The notes beneath the pieces are model-generated. The model searched no databases. It had not been told where the DNA came from and worked only from the letters and a program-made list of their open reading frames with translations. Shown here in pieces: positions 1 through 13,099 of a stretch of 64,000 nucleotides of DNA. The stretch is from positions 992,001 to 1,056,000 of the forward strand of contig NW_020845410.1 of the NCBI RefSeq assembly GCF_003704095.1. Reading direction: 5' to 3'. Made by a program: the position numbers and the translations under genes. The first letter of the stretch is position 1. The number at the start of each line of letters is the position of its first letter. This stretch comes from Pocillopora damicornis (lineage: Eukaryota).

Positions 1-1019
1 AGCGAATTCCTCTGTTAATGCACTTTTTATCATATACTGCAGACTTCTGCCATCTGTTTCTTGTAGATCGACAGAGAAGAAGTGACAGGCACATGAAAAA
101 GGCGAGTTCTTTACGACTATTAGCTTTGCACCGTGGAATATCGACAAAAAATTTACACGTTCTGAAAGGTGCAACGTTTTCAAGCGAGTATTATCTGTAT
201 CCTCCTCGTGTTTGATTACTAATAGCGCGTTACTGAAGCGCACTTGTCAGTAGCTTAAATCTTCAACGTTTTTCTTTAAATTTAAGGGTGTAACATTTAT
301 ATTGAGGAGGATGACAAAAAGATTGTGATTAACGCAACAAAGACAGCCATCCGAGGCCAGTAGCCTCTAAAATGACTTGCATTTATCATTAATCACACTT
401 CAGTTTAATCTGGTTTGAAAAATACTGCATTGTATTAGCTACTTGCAGTATTCAACTTTCTTTTGTACCCGGATTCTTTTCCCGCCATTTTTTTGCGCAT
501 GTGCAAAGCCTCTGCACTTATGTGACAAATTTCTATGAGAATTGAGGCCTGAATTCACCTTTGGGTTTTTTCAAAAACGTATTAACTTCCTTCACTATTT
601 CTCAAATAACTCTTTTTCCTACTTAGTTTGTATTTATGCTTCAGACCAAATTCGTTAAGTTTGAATGAAAGCCTGAAGATTTTTTCCGGAAAAGACAATT
701 CCATTTAATACTCTTTAGGTTGTTTATTCTTTACCAATGTTCTATAGCTTGTAATCTCTCTCTAGAACCAAAAAATCGCGGGTCATGAGGAAACTTGTGA
801 TCAATTGATGTCAGTTATACCGAAGCAACAGGCAGTCATTACGACAGTCCTTCTTTGTTCCAAAAAATACCCAAGAACTTGAAAATCCCTCGAATACTAA
901 CTAGTTTAAAACTCACTGTTGAATGGATTAGTTTTGCTCAGCCGCGCAACTGTTAACAAATAGGATTTTTCAGACTGAGTGAAACTACTAGTTTCAGAAA
1001 TTCAAAACACTTCTCAGAA

Positions 1020-1054
1020 GTCGAGGGCACATGAAACTTTCATGTGCCCTCGAC
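1020..1054. repeat. Perfect 17-bp inverted repeat with 1-nt spacer
   Basis: gtcgagggcacatgaaa-c-tttcatgtgccctcgac. Confidence 0.9.
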
Positions 1055-2907
1055 GAGAAAACAAAATGATGCCAGGAGCTTTTTTCAGCATTCAACTTCC
1101 AGGCCATAATATTGCTCCTCTTCCATAAGCGTTCCTGCAATCAGCTATAATGCTATTGAAATAACTTCTTCGCAGTTTACTCGTTGCTCCTGTCAGGATT
1201 CCGGCAAAATTCTGAGGATTAATATCAGGGCTGTATGGTCAATATACAAATATTAAAATACGCCTTTAAGGCATATTGCATCCACTTTAAGCCGTTTGAA
1301 GCTAGTACATGAACACCAGTCAGTTTCAAAAGACTAACAATCTGAGTTGTGGTAAATACAAGACTTACTCAATCCTGACCTGCTTTCGTGACAAAGCGCG
1401 AATCACACAAACCTCTTTTTTTTAATTTATCCAAGATTTTCCGTGTTGCGGGTGAATGATGTCATTCTCAATGAGATAATGGCCCAGACGTGAACAATAT
1501 TATGGAAAACAATCATTCCTATAGTGCACAATAAGTTTCTTTCTGGCTAGTACAAAGTTCCGCATACATTGTCGGTCAATGAAAACAAATACAGGGCAAT
1601 TTTAGAAACCTCCACAAGAGCGAGTATTCCGTTTCCGATGAAGAATGTCATATATTGCTAAGGAAATTGTTCAAGTTTTCCGTTTCCAGGTTTCTTATAT
1701 AAGATGACCTCTCAGATTAAAATATCCCACACGGATATGAGTGTAAGGATGTTTTTCTTTTAAATTCTTCTTCTTCTTCTTTTTTTTTTTGTAAAGAAAT
1801 GCAGGCTTAAGCCTTCTTCATCGCGATCGACATTAACAGATAATCCAGTCTCAGAATTATCAAAAAGAGAATTGGGCACTTCGTTCGTATGTGACAGAAT
1901 TTATTTTGATTATTTGCCAAACTCGAGTATAGCGCTATCCGGTTTAGCTAAAAACTTATCGCAGAAAAAAAAATATATAAGTGGTCTTTTTAGTTCTCAT
2001 TCTATATTTAAACGCACTCGAGAGATTATGCATCAGATACTGCCTTCAAAAAGCTTCGTTTCCAAGTAAACAAACAAATAAGAACCTAGTATTTCTCTGC
2101 CGGGGACTCCATCAATGATATTTTGTAGAGACCCCAATAAACATGTTCACGTAATGAGTGAGTAATTATGTCTACTTTGCATATACAGATTCTATGAGTC
2201 AGCTTCTTTTCGCCACTTTTGGAAAACTTATTTCTACTTGTTTTGAAGGGAAAGGGTCACCACACTGCAACAACAGGCCTTGATTTCGATCCTCACTTTT
2301 TTTTAGCTGAAAATATTTCCCATTTTCAGAATTTAAGCTGCACAAAGAAGTGTAAACACGCGCGCTGTTTTAGCTGAGCTGAACTGTCATGGCGGGTCAC
2401 GACACAGCCACCGGAATGCGGAATTTTTGAGAACAATAATTATTGTCGGCATGGAAGTACAAAAGGTTAAGGATATATTATATATTTTATGCTCCGTAAG
2501 GGTGATACATGAAAGTTTTCTTGTATTTCTACACATCTGGAGATCTAACGAAGCATAGTTTTGCCGTCAAAACGAACTGAATGACCAACCTCGCGGAAGG
2601 AGAAGAGGAAAGGCGACTTCATTTTGGTGAGTAAAGTTTGATTTCCTTAGAACGTATTTTAATAAGTAAGATAGTGGAGAAAATGAACATTCAGATTGCA
2701 CTTTGAGCCCGGCGACCCAACTCAAACCACTAATGAAGAGGTTTCTGCACTAAAATCAACGGAATATTATCGCAATTTCTGTGAGCATGCTTCGGCATAA
2801 AGCCTTGTGGGACAGAGAGCTGTGAAAATCACTTCCATGTGGACGTATGCAACCTACAGCAGTTACATCTTGAAGAACTGAATTTCGCGGTCAGCAGGAG
2901 AACTCTT

Positions 2908-2977
2908 AAACAGAAGACAAGCTCTCAGACACGTTCCCGTAAAAACAGAAGACACGCTCTCAGACACGTTCCTGTAA
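2908..2977 (+). repeat. 35-bp tandem duplication (2 copies, 2 mismatches)
   Basis: aaacagaagaca(a/c)gctctcagacacgttcc(c/t)gtaa x2. Confidence 0.85.
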
Positions 2978-4104
2978 AAACGTACATGTTGCTTGCTTCC
3001 TCTCTTTAAACCGGTCGGCCAACATAAACACAGCCATTTGATATCAACCTTGTCATCTCATCCACGCCTTATGCTCTGTCATACAAGAAGGAAATGCTTT
3101 AAAACGGATTTTCCCTCTTCTCACGTGTGGTTTACCTTGCTTGGAAAGACCTCTTGGTCCATGGCCCGCGGTCATGAAAACAAACGGGAACAAAAAGTGA
3201 ATTTTCCACTACACGAGGTAACAAACAAGGAAAATTTTCGGACCAATTAGAGTTACGCAGCGAGAAGGGACAGCGAATAATTCAACACGTTTTTCTCGAA
3301 ATTAGAACAAAAATGGCGGAAAGTAAAATGTATCCATCGCTCTTTTGACCCAGCAATTCTCTTCATGATAAAATCCATCGAGGTCATACAGATGATATAG
3401 TTTTATTGTCTGTGATTCGATCAACGGACATTTCAAGTCTGGTTCGATCAACTTCTTTTAGCGCTGGCCAAATTTTTCCCCCAGTTCTGCATAGAGGCAG
3501 ACAACAACATTCATCACTATTAACTCACTACTTCAATCCATGGTGAAAGAAATTTTAAACCTCTGAAAAAAGTTTGATCTTCACGTGATTGCAGGCAACT
3601 CAAAGTTCAGTATAAAATCCAAAAGTGTCTTTAATTCCAGAAGAAATAGTTAGCTACATCGTAAATAAAACTTATAACTAATATAGACTCATTATCATTT
3701 TGATACCTCTCCAACTCAAGTAAGGCTACAGATATGGTTTGTGTCAACGATTGACAGGGAAGTATTGAATTTAATTTACCTTAATTAGTTAGGGTTTAAG
3801 AAAGGCTAGAATGTTCTGCTGAAAACAAATTGACGAGTCTTTTTGTATGTTGCAGAGAGTCATAGAGCAAAACGAGTAAACATTTTCTAAAAATAACCAA
3901 TGGAACGAACTTTCCTGCCTCGCAGCTGGTTAAAATTTTCCTAGTGCATTCCAGTGAATATCAACTATTGAGTTCGAATTTTCGGCTTTTCAAATCTATT
4001 TTCGTTGATACAAAAGAAGTTTAGTGTTATGCTTAAAACATAATGTTTAAATAATGAAATTGTGAATGCTTGTTTCTCATGCAGCATAAACCCGCTGGTT
4101 ACAA

Positions 4105-7100
4105 ATGGAAGACAAAACCGGCTCAAAACAAGAAGACAAAAAAGAATACTGTGGGGGAAATGGTTATTGTCTGATCGATGAGAGAACTCTAAATTTACTT
4201 TTATATGGTTCCCGCGAAGTCAGAGTTATAGACGTGCAGAAACTAAAACGGAAGGTTGAAGATGAACAAGGTACGAAAACAGCTTGTTAACATCACGGTA
4301 AAACCAATTATTTATCAAGTGCGCCTAAAAAAATGGCTAAGAACAATATCACTGATATTTTTGATACAGGAGGGAATTTGACTCAGCTCTTAAAACTACC
4401 ATAAAGCAATACAAGCCCGTTTCTACTTCCAAATAAAACCGCACCATTTACCAAATGTTTCGAATCATACGTAGACCCTCAAGCATTCATAAAAATATTC
4501 AGGATAGCATTGATAAAGTTGTTATTCTCTTTTGTTGACATTGAATTAATTTAATTGTTCCAAAAATTTCCGCTTTCACTGTTGTGTTTACGAGGTTTTT
4601 ATGTCCGCCCTGAGTAATTACCACAAAAAAATTTGCATGGGCAGAGTAATTTAAGCCGATATATACCCTTGTGTGTATTGTTCACTTGCACTTTCCTTTA
4701 TCTTGAAGCAATACTTTTCGGAGGGAGTGGAAACATTTGATACTCTGCAAATCCTATGCAAAAATTTTATCGACTAGAAATCACGTGAAAAGGAAAACGT
4801 CTAGTTTTCTGTCAATCTTGAGGTTTCCTAACGATGAATGTGTCTTTGTATTTAACAATTATTACATAATTTTATTCATTGGTATCCGAGCCACAAATTA
4901 ATTGTTCATTTTCCAGACCTTTTTTTAAACTACAACGGTTGTCAATATCCACAGAGTGCATTTAAGTCAGAAAAGCTCAGGTTCCGGTGAAAGGTTTTAG
5001 AAAAGGGCTTCTTTTGAAACGCAAGTAAAATACAGATCGGAAATGATCTTTCACGTTGCGGTTTTGGTCAGTTGGATGTTGTCATGTAGAGTCTGTTTAT
5101 TCTGTAAGTAAGGCTTTGATTAAGCACGTAACAGATCCACACTTGATATGACAAAATTCTTAGCGTTATTCATAGCACCATTTCTGTATTCTTGTCCTTG
5201 TCGATAAGCTCTGATCTTGATTCACCTTGCGGGGTGAATCATTCGAAGTATAGAGGCTCTAGTATTCAGGGTCATGCCTAGCTCCCTCCAATCACTCTAC
5301 GTGATCTCGCACTGCTGTATTTTTCATGGCATCTGACGGGCACTTGACTATGACATAGATGAAAGTTTCGGAGCACTCAGCCTCAGGCTAAATGTACCTT
5401 TGTTGCAAGCTACCTTATGAGGAACAGATACTTAACAGTACAACTGCTCATTCAAAATAGTCCTCCCTTTCAAGTATTCAATCGATTTTTCACAGGAGGT
5501 TCGTCTTCCAAAAAACAGAACAATACCGATGACCATGAGAAGCCTCGGCTCACAAACGCCATTAGATCATTCCCGGATGAAGTGCATCTCTGTAGATCGA
5601 GTATTCCTGGTGCTGGTTATGGAGTGTGCGCGAAAGAGCACATTCCGCTGGGCACATGGATAGGTCCGTATGAAGGAAGCCGCCTGCCCGCCCGAAATTT
5701 TCCTTCAAATTATGAAACAGGATATCTATGGGAGGTGAGATTTGAAAAAATAGTTTAGTGGGTTGTTATATGGGCTTCAGTCTTAAAGTAATTCCTCTTG
5801 AGATATTTTTATATCTTTCTCCTTTTCGGAGTTGCTACACTCATTTGTCTGTAAATAGATCTTGACATGCTTGAGTCTAAATATAACTTTAAAATAATTT
5901 AGAAAACAATTATGAAAAGGTGAAATATTCTAAAGACACATGTCTTCTTATGAGCTTCTGATATTGTATTAAGGTGTCTTCTTATGGATATATTCTGTAT
6001 CAAAAAGAAAGTGACCGAAAATGTGCGTTTATTTTGAGTATACGCATCTGTGAAGAAAATAAATACACTGACTCCATACCAAAAATCTAAAAGATTGAGT
6101 CCTTCATAGAGAGATATCTAACTTCGAAAAATTGATATTAAAATATTGGGAGAAAAATGGTTTAGTTTTATTTTAGGACTTGGAAATAAATCACAGTGCG
6201 GTAATCCAGTAAGTTGCAGGGGAGGGGGAGGGTTGGGAGTTGAACTTGGAAGCACCAGATGGCAAGTGAAACACTTTAACTTCTCGGTCACGTTGCCTCC
6301 CGTCCTCTTGCTTCGTTTTACTTGCCCAACCTGAAGAAGAAGTGAAATGATGAATATTTAAATTCTTGCTTCATAGATCTACAAAGATGGCCGCCTAAGT
6401 CACTACATTGACGGACGCGATGAAGACAACTCCAGCTGGATGCGATTCATTCAATGCGCACGTCATGTAAAGGAGCAGAATCTATACGCTTTTCAATACT
6501 GTGGCAACATTTTTTACCGGGCGTTTAAGGAGGTCCCCCCTGGTACAGAATTACTGGTTTGGTACGATGAAAAATATCCACAATTTCTTGGAATTCCTCT
6601 TGGTATACAGGACTATGAATTCTTCAGAGAATCTGGTAAGGCGGTGTTGATTTTTCAATTCACCTTAAAAAAAATTTTTTTTGATCTTCAATAACGGGTT
6701 GAAAGAGAACTGGTTAATGTTTCAGTTGTGAATGATTTGCAAAGTCTTGTTTGCTAGTAAGTCGAACTAAAAAACTAAAGCGAAAAGATGTAGGCAGTGT
6801 CACAAACGGAGAATTACTATTCACTGTTTCCACTATGCTGTGATCAAATTTTTTAACCACCAGGATTTGTATACAATATTAATACGAAAAAATACAAAAA
6901 GACAACAAAATTGCACGAGCCCGTTGGGCGAGTGCAATTTGTGGTCTTCGAAAAGTTTATAAAACCTTATTACATCAAATTGCACGAGAAATCATGTCAT
7001 TACTTGTTAATAATTTACATGAAAAACGCATCACAGTAAGTCAAGACTGACGAAATTTGGCAGTGCGTGTGCTATTTGTAATTTGCACTCGTGTTACATG

Positions 7101-8771
7101 AAAAATACATTCGTTTTCAGCCACTCAAACGCGCGTAATTTTTTCACGTATATTATTAAGTGTGTAGATCGAAGGCGCTGAGCATAACTTTTATTTGTTT
7201 TATCTGTTTTGAGTGACAAAGTGTCCTGAACTTTATTTTAATGACCGTATGAAAGATGCTAAGAGTTTATGAATCCTCCGAACCGAACCCCATAACTTAC
7301 TCTCTCCATGGCTTGTAAATTAAGACCGCTCGACTGAAATTTCACATTTAGCTTTCCTTTTTTATTCACAGTGTCATCTTCCAATACCCAAAGCTCTCCA
7401 GCCTGCAGTTCCGCCAGTTTGTTTGTTGACTCAGTGACACGGTATCCAAAAACCCACGGTTTTCAAGAATCACATGATAATCCTAATACGGGTAGTTTTA
7501 GATTCCCTTCACCACGTGAGCCACCTCCACGCTTCGTACGCCCCTCAAGCAGTGCGGGTAATGTTTTCCCGCGAGACAAGCTTGGCACTTCTGGAATTAG
7601 AGGTGGTCCTAGTTTCGCTGCAGGCTCAGTTGAAAGTAAAATGATTGAGACAGAATTAACCGCAACGACAACAGTTGATGGACAATTTTTCAGGAACTTT
7701 TCGCAAATACCTGCGCCCAGTGGTAACAATTTTTATTCGCCGCAAATAAAGAACAAGGACTCGCAAGAAAAAGTTGTGAAAACTGAAAATTCAACCCGAG
7801 GGTATATGTCTGATAAACATTGGGAAAGGCAAAGAGATGAGGATCCCTTGTCTAATAACGAAAGAAGACTTCCAGCAAAAATAAACGCTCTGCGTGAAAT
7901 GCCGCCATTACAATTCTTCGATAGTGAGTACTAAATTTATTCACTTAAAAAAAAAAGTTTCCACACAGGGTCGATTTAATAAAATTAGTGTTACTTTTGA
8001 AAGCCCTTTGCTGAAGCAGGTGACCCGTTATTTGCAGACCTACGTGTTTCACAGAAATTCTAACTTGCTTTCGACGCATAGAAAAAATATGTTTTCCATA
8101 AAACGAGTGCTTTTTCCAAAAGCCATATTTTAAAGCGTGTTAGGCCAGAACGTAACTTCCCATGAGTTAATGTATTGGCATGCCTCTTGTTAATTTAATA
8201 CTTAAGATAGAAACGCCCAACTGTGACTTTTCCAGATGATCAAAAACATTCTCCTCGCACGAATGAAGTTCAAGCTCTCAAGCGAAATGGAGATGGAGTG
8301 AAGAGTGTAATGCCAGCGCTTCGTCCTGCTATGCCTCCGCTTCTCCACACACCGCAATATCATGAACACTTAGGAACAAACATATCAGGAATTTCTCTGT
8401 CTCCGGATGAATTTGGTATGTGGAGGTGCCGGCAGTGCTTAAAGACTTTCACTCAGCGGGTTCTTCTTCAAATGCATGAGTGTTCCCAGACCCCTGATAA
8501 ACCGTATCAGTGCGGCCAGTGTACGCTTTCATATGGGACGCCGTCAGAACTCAGAAGTCACGTGGACACGCATACCAATGAGAAGTTGTTTAAGTGCGGG
8601 TTCTGTTCGCGCTCTTTCTCAGGGGCTACCACCTTAAACAACCACATACGCACCCACACCGGTGAGAAGCCATTCAATTGTGAGAAATGCCACAAGACAT
8701 TTTCACAAGCTAGTCATTTAGCGAGACATCAGCGAGTCCCTGGGGACTGTGTTCCCTGGCAGATGGGATAG
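4105..8771 (+). CDS. PRDM6: PRDM6-like PR/SET-domain zinc finger protein (paralog A), ~583 aa, 5 coding exons
   Basis: Exons 4105-4270, 5496-5734, 6377-6635, 7372-7923, 8236-8771, all GT-AG and phase-compatible (1752 nt). PR motifs [34 protein letters not shown]. The four C-terminal fingers ([21 protein letters not shown]...[20 protein letters not shown]...HQRVPGDC) closely match the PRDM6 finger array. Confidence 0.88.
6870..7160 (+). repeat. Interspersed repeat, with an inverted copy at ~38608-38920
   Basis: aaagacaacaaaattgcacgagcccgttgggcgagtgcaatttgtggtc is the reverse complement (with mismatches) of gaccaccaattgcacttgccctaccggcttgtgcaattttgttgtcttt at about 38817-38866. Confidence 0.7.
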
Positions 8772-10214
8772 ATCAAAAGTCAGCTTAGCTGCTGCAAATT
8801 GATAAACAGACTCAGCTAAAAAGCTTTCTTGCCACCCAAATCAGATCATACGACTACTTTTTTGGGAGGTAAAAACTGATAGATTTGTAACACGGAATTG
8901 AAAGAAATGATGTGTATGCAAACAGAGAAAGTGTAACTTCCCAAATGAATAATCAAACGATCTGATCTTAGCGGAAACAAAGATGGGAACACGAGAGCCA
9001 AACCCGCATCTGTTTGTAAGGATTTGGCCCGATCATTCCAGTCAATGCTCAAGCGATCGAGAATTTAATGAAATCAAGATCAGACAATCACTGGCCCGCA
9101 CGATCCGCGCGTTCGGATAGAACTAAGTTCGTGTTTGAGCCTGATTCCCACTTGATCGCCTTAATCGTCCCAGTCGCCCCAAAACCTTGCGCAAACGAGA
9201 CGTTCCAGATTGTCACGTGACAATCAGCCCTTAACTTACACACAGAGTCGTTCTAATGTTTCTCAACAAAAAATTTTAGTTAATGAAAAGCGTGCACTTG
9301 GAAATGGTAGGGTTTATTTTCACACCGAGTCAGTTTAAGGTCCATCTCTGGTTTTTTCACTGCACTAATACAACTTAGTCAAGTTTTCCTATAATGTCTC
9401 TCAAATGTCATCCCTTATCCAGTAACACTCATCCACTCCGTTTCTTGAAATATCTAATTTTTTGGCTGGGAATTACTCAAGAAGATACTCAACGGTAGAA
9501 GCATTTATCATTAGGGATATTTTGTATTCAAATTGGAAAGAAAAGAGTAACAAAAATGAGCTTTCTGTAGAATCTTGTTTGTACATTTTCGATCCGTTTA
9601 ACCTGAAGGGTTACTTTCCACCGTCTATTGGAGTTGATGACCCCGTTTGAATGTGCAATATGATAATTAATTTCTCCTTGCAGTGGATACCGTCATCCAC
9701 GACTTCCTCTAACAACTGCAAATTGGATGGACGAGGGTACTCTGGAAATACGTACCAACGTAGTAACTGAATATACTAAACGAAAAGCGTTTTATCTGCT
9801 TTGCAGAAAAATAGAACATTTACAAGTTAAGAATTGTTTTTTCTTTTTTACATGTCACAGGTTTCTGTGCGCCATCAATGTTATTTTGTACAGTGGAAGA
9901 TTAACTATATACAAAGTTTATGTTCTAGCGCATATCGTCTACCCCTCAAGTGTTAACTACGTGTTTCTCAGTAACGACGACAAGGCAGTGCTCACCAAAA
10001 AAATTAAAAAATGCTTGATTCAGGGCTGGATTAAAGTAATACTAAATTTCGTTTTTTAAGTATCCAACTATAAGGTCAGTCTAGATTTAATAATTCAAGA
10101 CAATGTCTAACAGGTTGGATCCTCTTTCTCGACTTCGATAAATAGATTGAAGGAAATCAACTGATGCGCAAGCGTGTAAAACTTTTTAGTCCGGCCATGT
10201 GACGTGGAATGTTT

Positions 10215-13099
10215 TCATTTCTCTTTTGCTAGAATCGAGAATGGATCAGGCGCATCGGTAGCACTGTTTATCACAATGGCTCTTCGCTGAGAGTCTGGGC
10301 CTTGTTGTCCATAATGATACGTCTGTGAATGGTGACGTTTCTTTCGCGTATGACTAGATTGAGGACCGTCTGCAGTCACGAGATAATTAGCATGGCATTG
10401 CGCATATTCAGGGGGAAGTGAAACGACCGCTGACCAAGAATTTTGAATCACTGGTGATTTATGGGGTGATATTTGTGGGGTGTTTTTCCAGCCAGAAAAT
10501 TCCGTGGGTGGTTTGAGCTGGACCGATGAACCAAACTGTGCTGAAGAACCTGTGTGAAATACGTTAAGTCGCAATTAGAGCCATTCACTATTGAGCGCCG
10601 AGATTGCTTTGATTTTACTTAGCTTTGCTCTGTGATTGGACCAGATAAGTCGCGCCATCCTTCCAACCAATTAGATGCAAAAACAAAAACAATTGCAACT
10701 TGGTCACTGGAATTTTCCCGCGCTTTAAGCAGTTTTCTTTTTTTCACTTTGAGTTTACATTGGCTAATGATGATGTAAACCTTTCTTCTGATAGGTCTTT
10801 GCGATTGCTGTACTTTTTCGCTTTTCTACACTTAATTAAAACTCCTCTAGTATCCTTTTACATTGGATTGGTTGAGAGAATGACGAATTGTTTTCGAAAA
10901 AATCAATCAGCGATGAATAGAACAAAGTTTGGAAAATTGTAAGGCACTTTGTACACTTCACTGTAATTTACCTTAAAGGTTTTCTGATTAGTAATACGTA
11001 CTTGAGCCATAAACCTCTAAACTGATATCGGTGATGTTCAGCGGTATACCCATGTACTGTGGATATGTATCTTCGTACCACACCAGTAGTTCTGATCCCG
11101 CAGGAATGTCAGCAAATGCTCTGTAATAAATCTCTTTGTTGTATTGAAAGGCGTAAAGGTTCTGTTCCTCTTTGTGACGAGCACATCTTATAAAACGCAT
11201 CCAACTGGACGTTGTTTCGTCTCTACCGTCCACATATTGAAGCAGTTTACCATTTTCGTATATCTAAAAAAAGATTGTCAGATTAGGGATTTTAGTCTAA
11301 TTATTTGTTGCTTCCAGATCGTCTACCAATGCGTCTACTAGATTTTATCTTGACAATATTTATACAATATCGAGCAGACAAGTGACGGGAATAAAGAAAA
11401 ATATCAATTAGGGGGTTATCAGTTGATCCAATATCGAATTCTTCGAACTTGCACAATAAGAATTGTATGACAGAATAAAGGAGAATTACTAATGACATCT
11501 TTGAAGTGAAAGGACACTTCAATGGTACAACATGACAAGGAGACTGAGGTGCTTTGAGCGTCTCTCAATGGTTCAGATTTATCGCAGACCTCAAAACCCA
11601 TCTAAAATTAGCCACTGATATTATAATGCAGTTTCACAACAGAAAAAATATTTTACATTTAGTTTGAACTGCATTTTCTATGATTGGCTTGAAAAAACTT
11701 GTCCGCCAGCTGCTAAAATCAATCACAGAATCGTAAATTGGTCAGTCGCGTGCCCTTTCCCGCACCTTTAAGCACCGACTTTTGTAATTAAATCAAGTTG
11801 TCAATCCTAAATGTTGATTGCCAATTTGATTTTAAGCATTGATTTGGTGTTACGATGGCAAATCAATTATTTAGCCTATTGGAGTAAACGTAAGGTATTA
11901 AGTAGGAGTAAAAACCTCTTTACCTCCCACATGTATGAGGTATCTGTGGCGGCCGTGAATTGATTAGGTTTAACAATATTGCCTTGATATGGACCCATCC
12001 AAGTTCCTTCTGGAATAACTTGTCTTGTGCGGATTCCCAATTGAGAACCAGTGGTTGATGGACAAAGATCGAGTTCATCCGGACAAGAGGATTTTGCAAA
12101 CGTCAGTTTTTCGCCATTTTTCTTTTTTGTTGTCATTTTAGAAGATGACACTGAACCTAAATAAAATAAAGTTAGAAATTATTTGTGATAAGCAGAACAT
12201 ATAAATGAGTTCTGAAAGAAAAATCAAGGTGTGCACATGTAGAGTACGAAAGATGTTAGATTTTGAGCTTGATCAACAAGCAAAGAAAGTTGTTATTCCT
12301 TTCGTCAAGAGCGTGCAACAGAACAATTTTTAAGCACCCCGAGAAGAATCCATCCTTATATCGTGACCTTCATAGAGAGCTCAAATGCTTTCTGTGTCAC
12401 GCTCTCGAGACGAAACGGAGAACATCTTCCCTTGAAAGTCAGTTTGTTTTTCTCTAGAATGTAAGATGATATGCAACTCTAAAGTACGTTTGGATTAAGA
12501 GCAGCCTGATTGAACTCCTGAACTAAAGTGGCGTTAAGTTTGTTGCAAACCTCAGAGGAAACAAAACGTACATAATACTTGGTCCCAGTCTCACAGACCG
12601 CGACGATCGGTAAGAAACGATGCTAATTTTGAGCTCAGTTTACAAATAAGCAAAGATGATTTAAAACATACATATCAAATTGAGCTAGGGGAAGAATCAA
12701 ACATCTGAGTTTCTTTTAAAGAATTAAACACTTTAGTTATCAATATCGGCTCCCTCCATTGATAATCTGCAGTTATATCGATCATATTGTCCGGGTTTTA
12801 AGGAAAATACTGCTATACGTGACTTCAAGGTAAGATAAGACTTGCTGTTACTAGGTAACAGAAATACTAATAGTGCATCCTGAGTTATCAGTGACCAGTT
12901 TGAAGAATGCTTTACCTTTTCGCCTCGGTGCACTTGTCACCTTTCCTACAGCTGTTTGGCTGGTTGATTCTTCATTACGTTGATACAAACATTTGTATAA
13001 ATTTTCATAAGTGAACGAAAATGGCGCGCAACCCGAGGAAACTGCTGGCTTGACATCATGATAAGGAAACTGCGGAAAACAGGGGCTTGTGTTCGCCAT
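10215..13099 (-). CDS. PRDM6-like PR/SET-domain protein lacking zinc fingers (paralog B), ~337 aa, 4 coding exons
   Basis: Exons 13099-12916, 12156-11924, 11263-11002, 10549-10215 (1014 nt, phases 1/0/1 as in the paralogs). PR motifs GTWMGPYQG, YMWEI, SWMRFIRCAR..EQNL, ELLVWY. The last exon is S/P/Q/H-rich and ends at TGA with no C2H2 motif. Confidence 0.8.
10575..10850. repeat. Interspersed repeat (tagagc...gctcta family), with copies at ~35118-35386 and ~11627-11860
   Basis: Shared core gctctgtgattgg.ccaga...cgc.ccatcc...aaccaat.agat...ttttcccgcgctttaagc. Confidence 0.65.

Noticed and set aside
2581-2626. ATG...G|GTGAGT as an upstream coding exon of PRDM6-A
   Set aside because: Splicing to 4085 gives an immediate in-frame TAA. 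At most it is a UTR exon or uORF, with no support.
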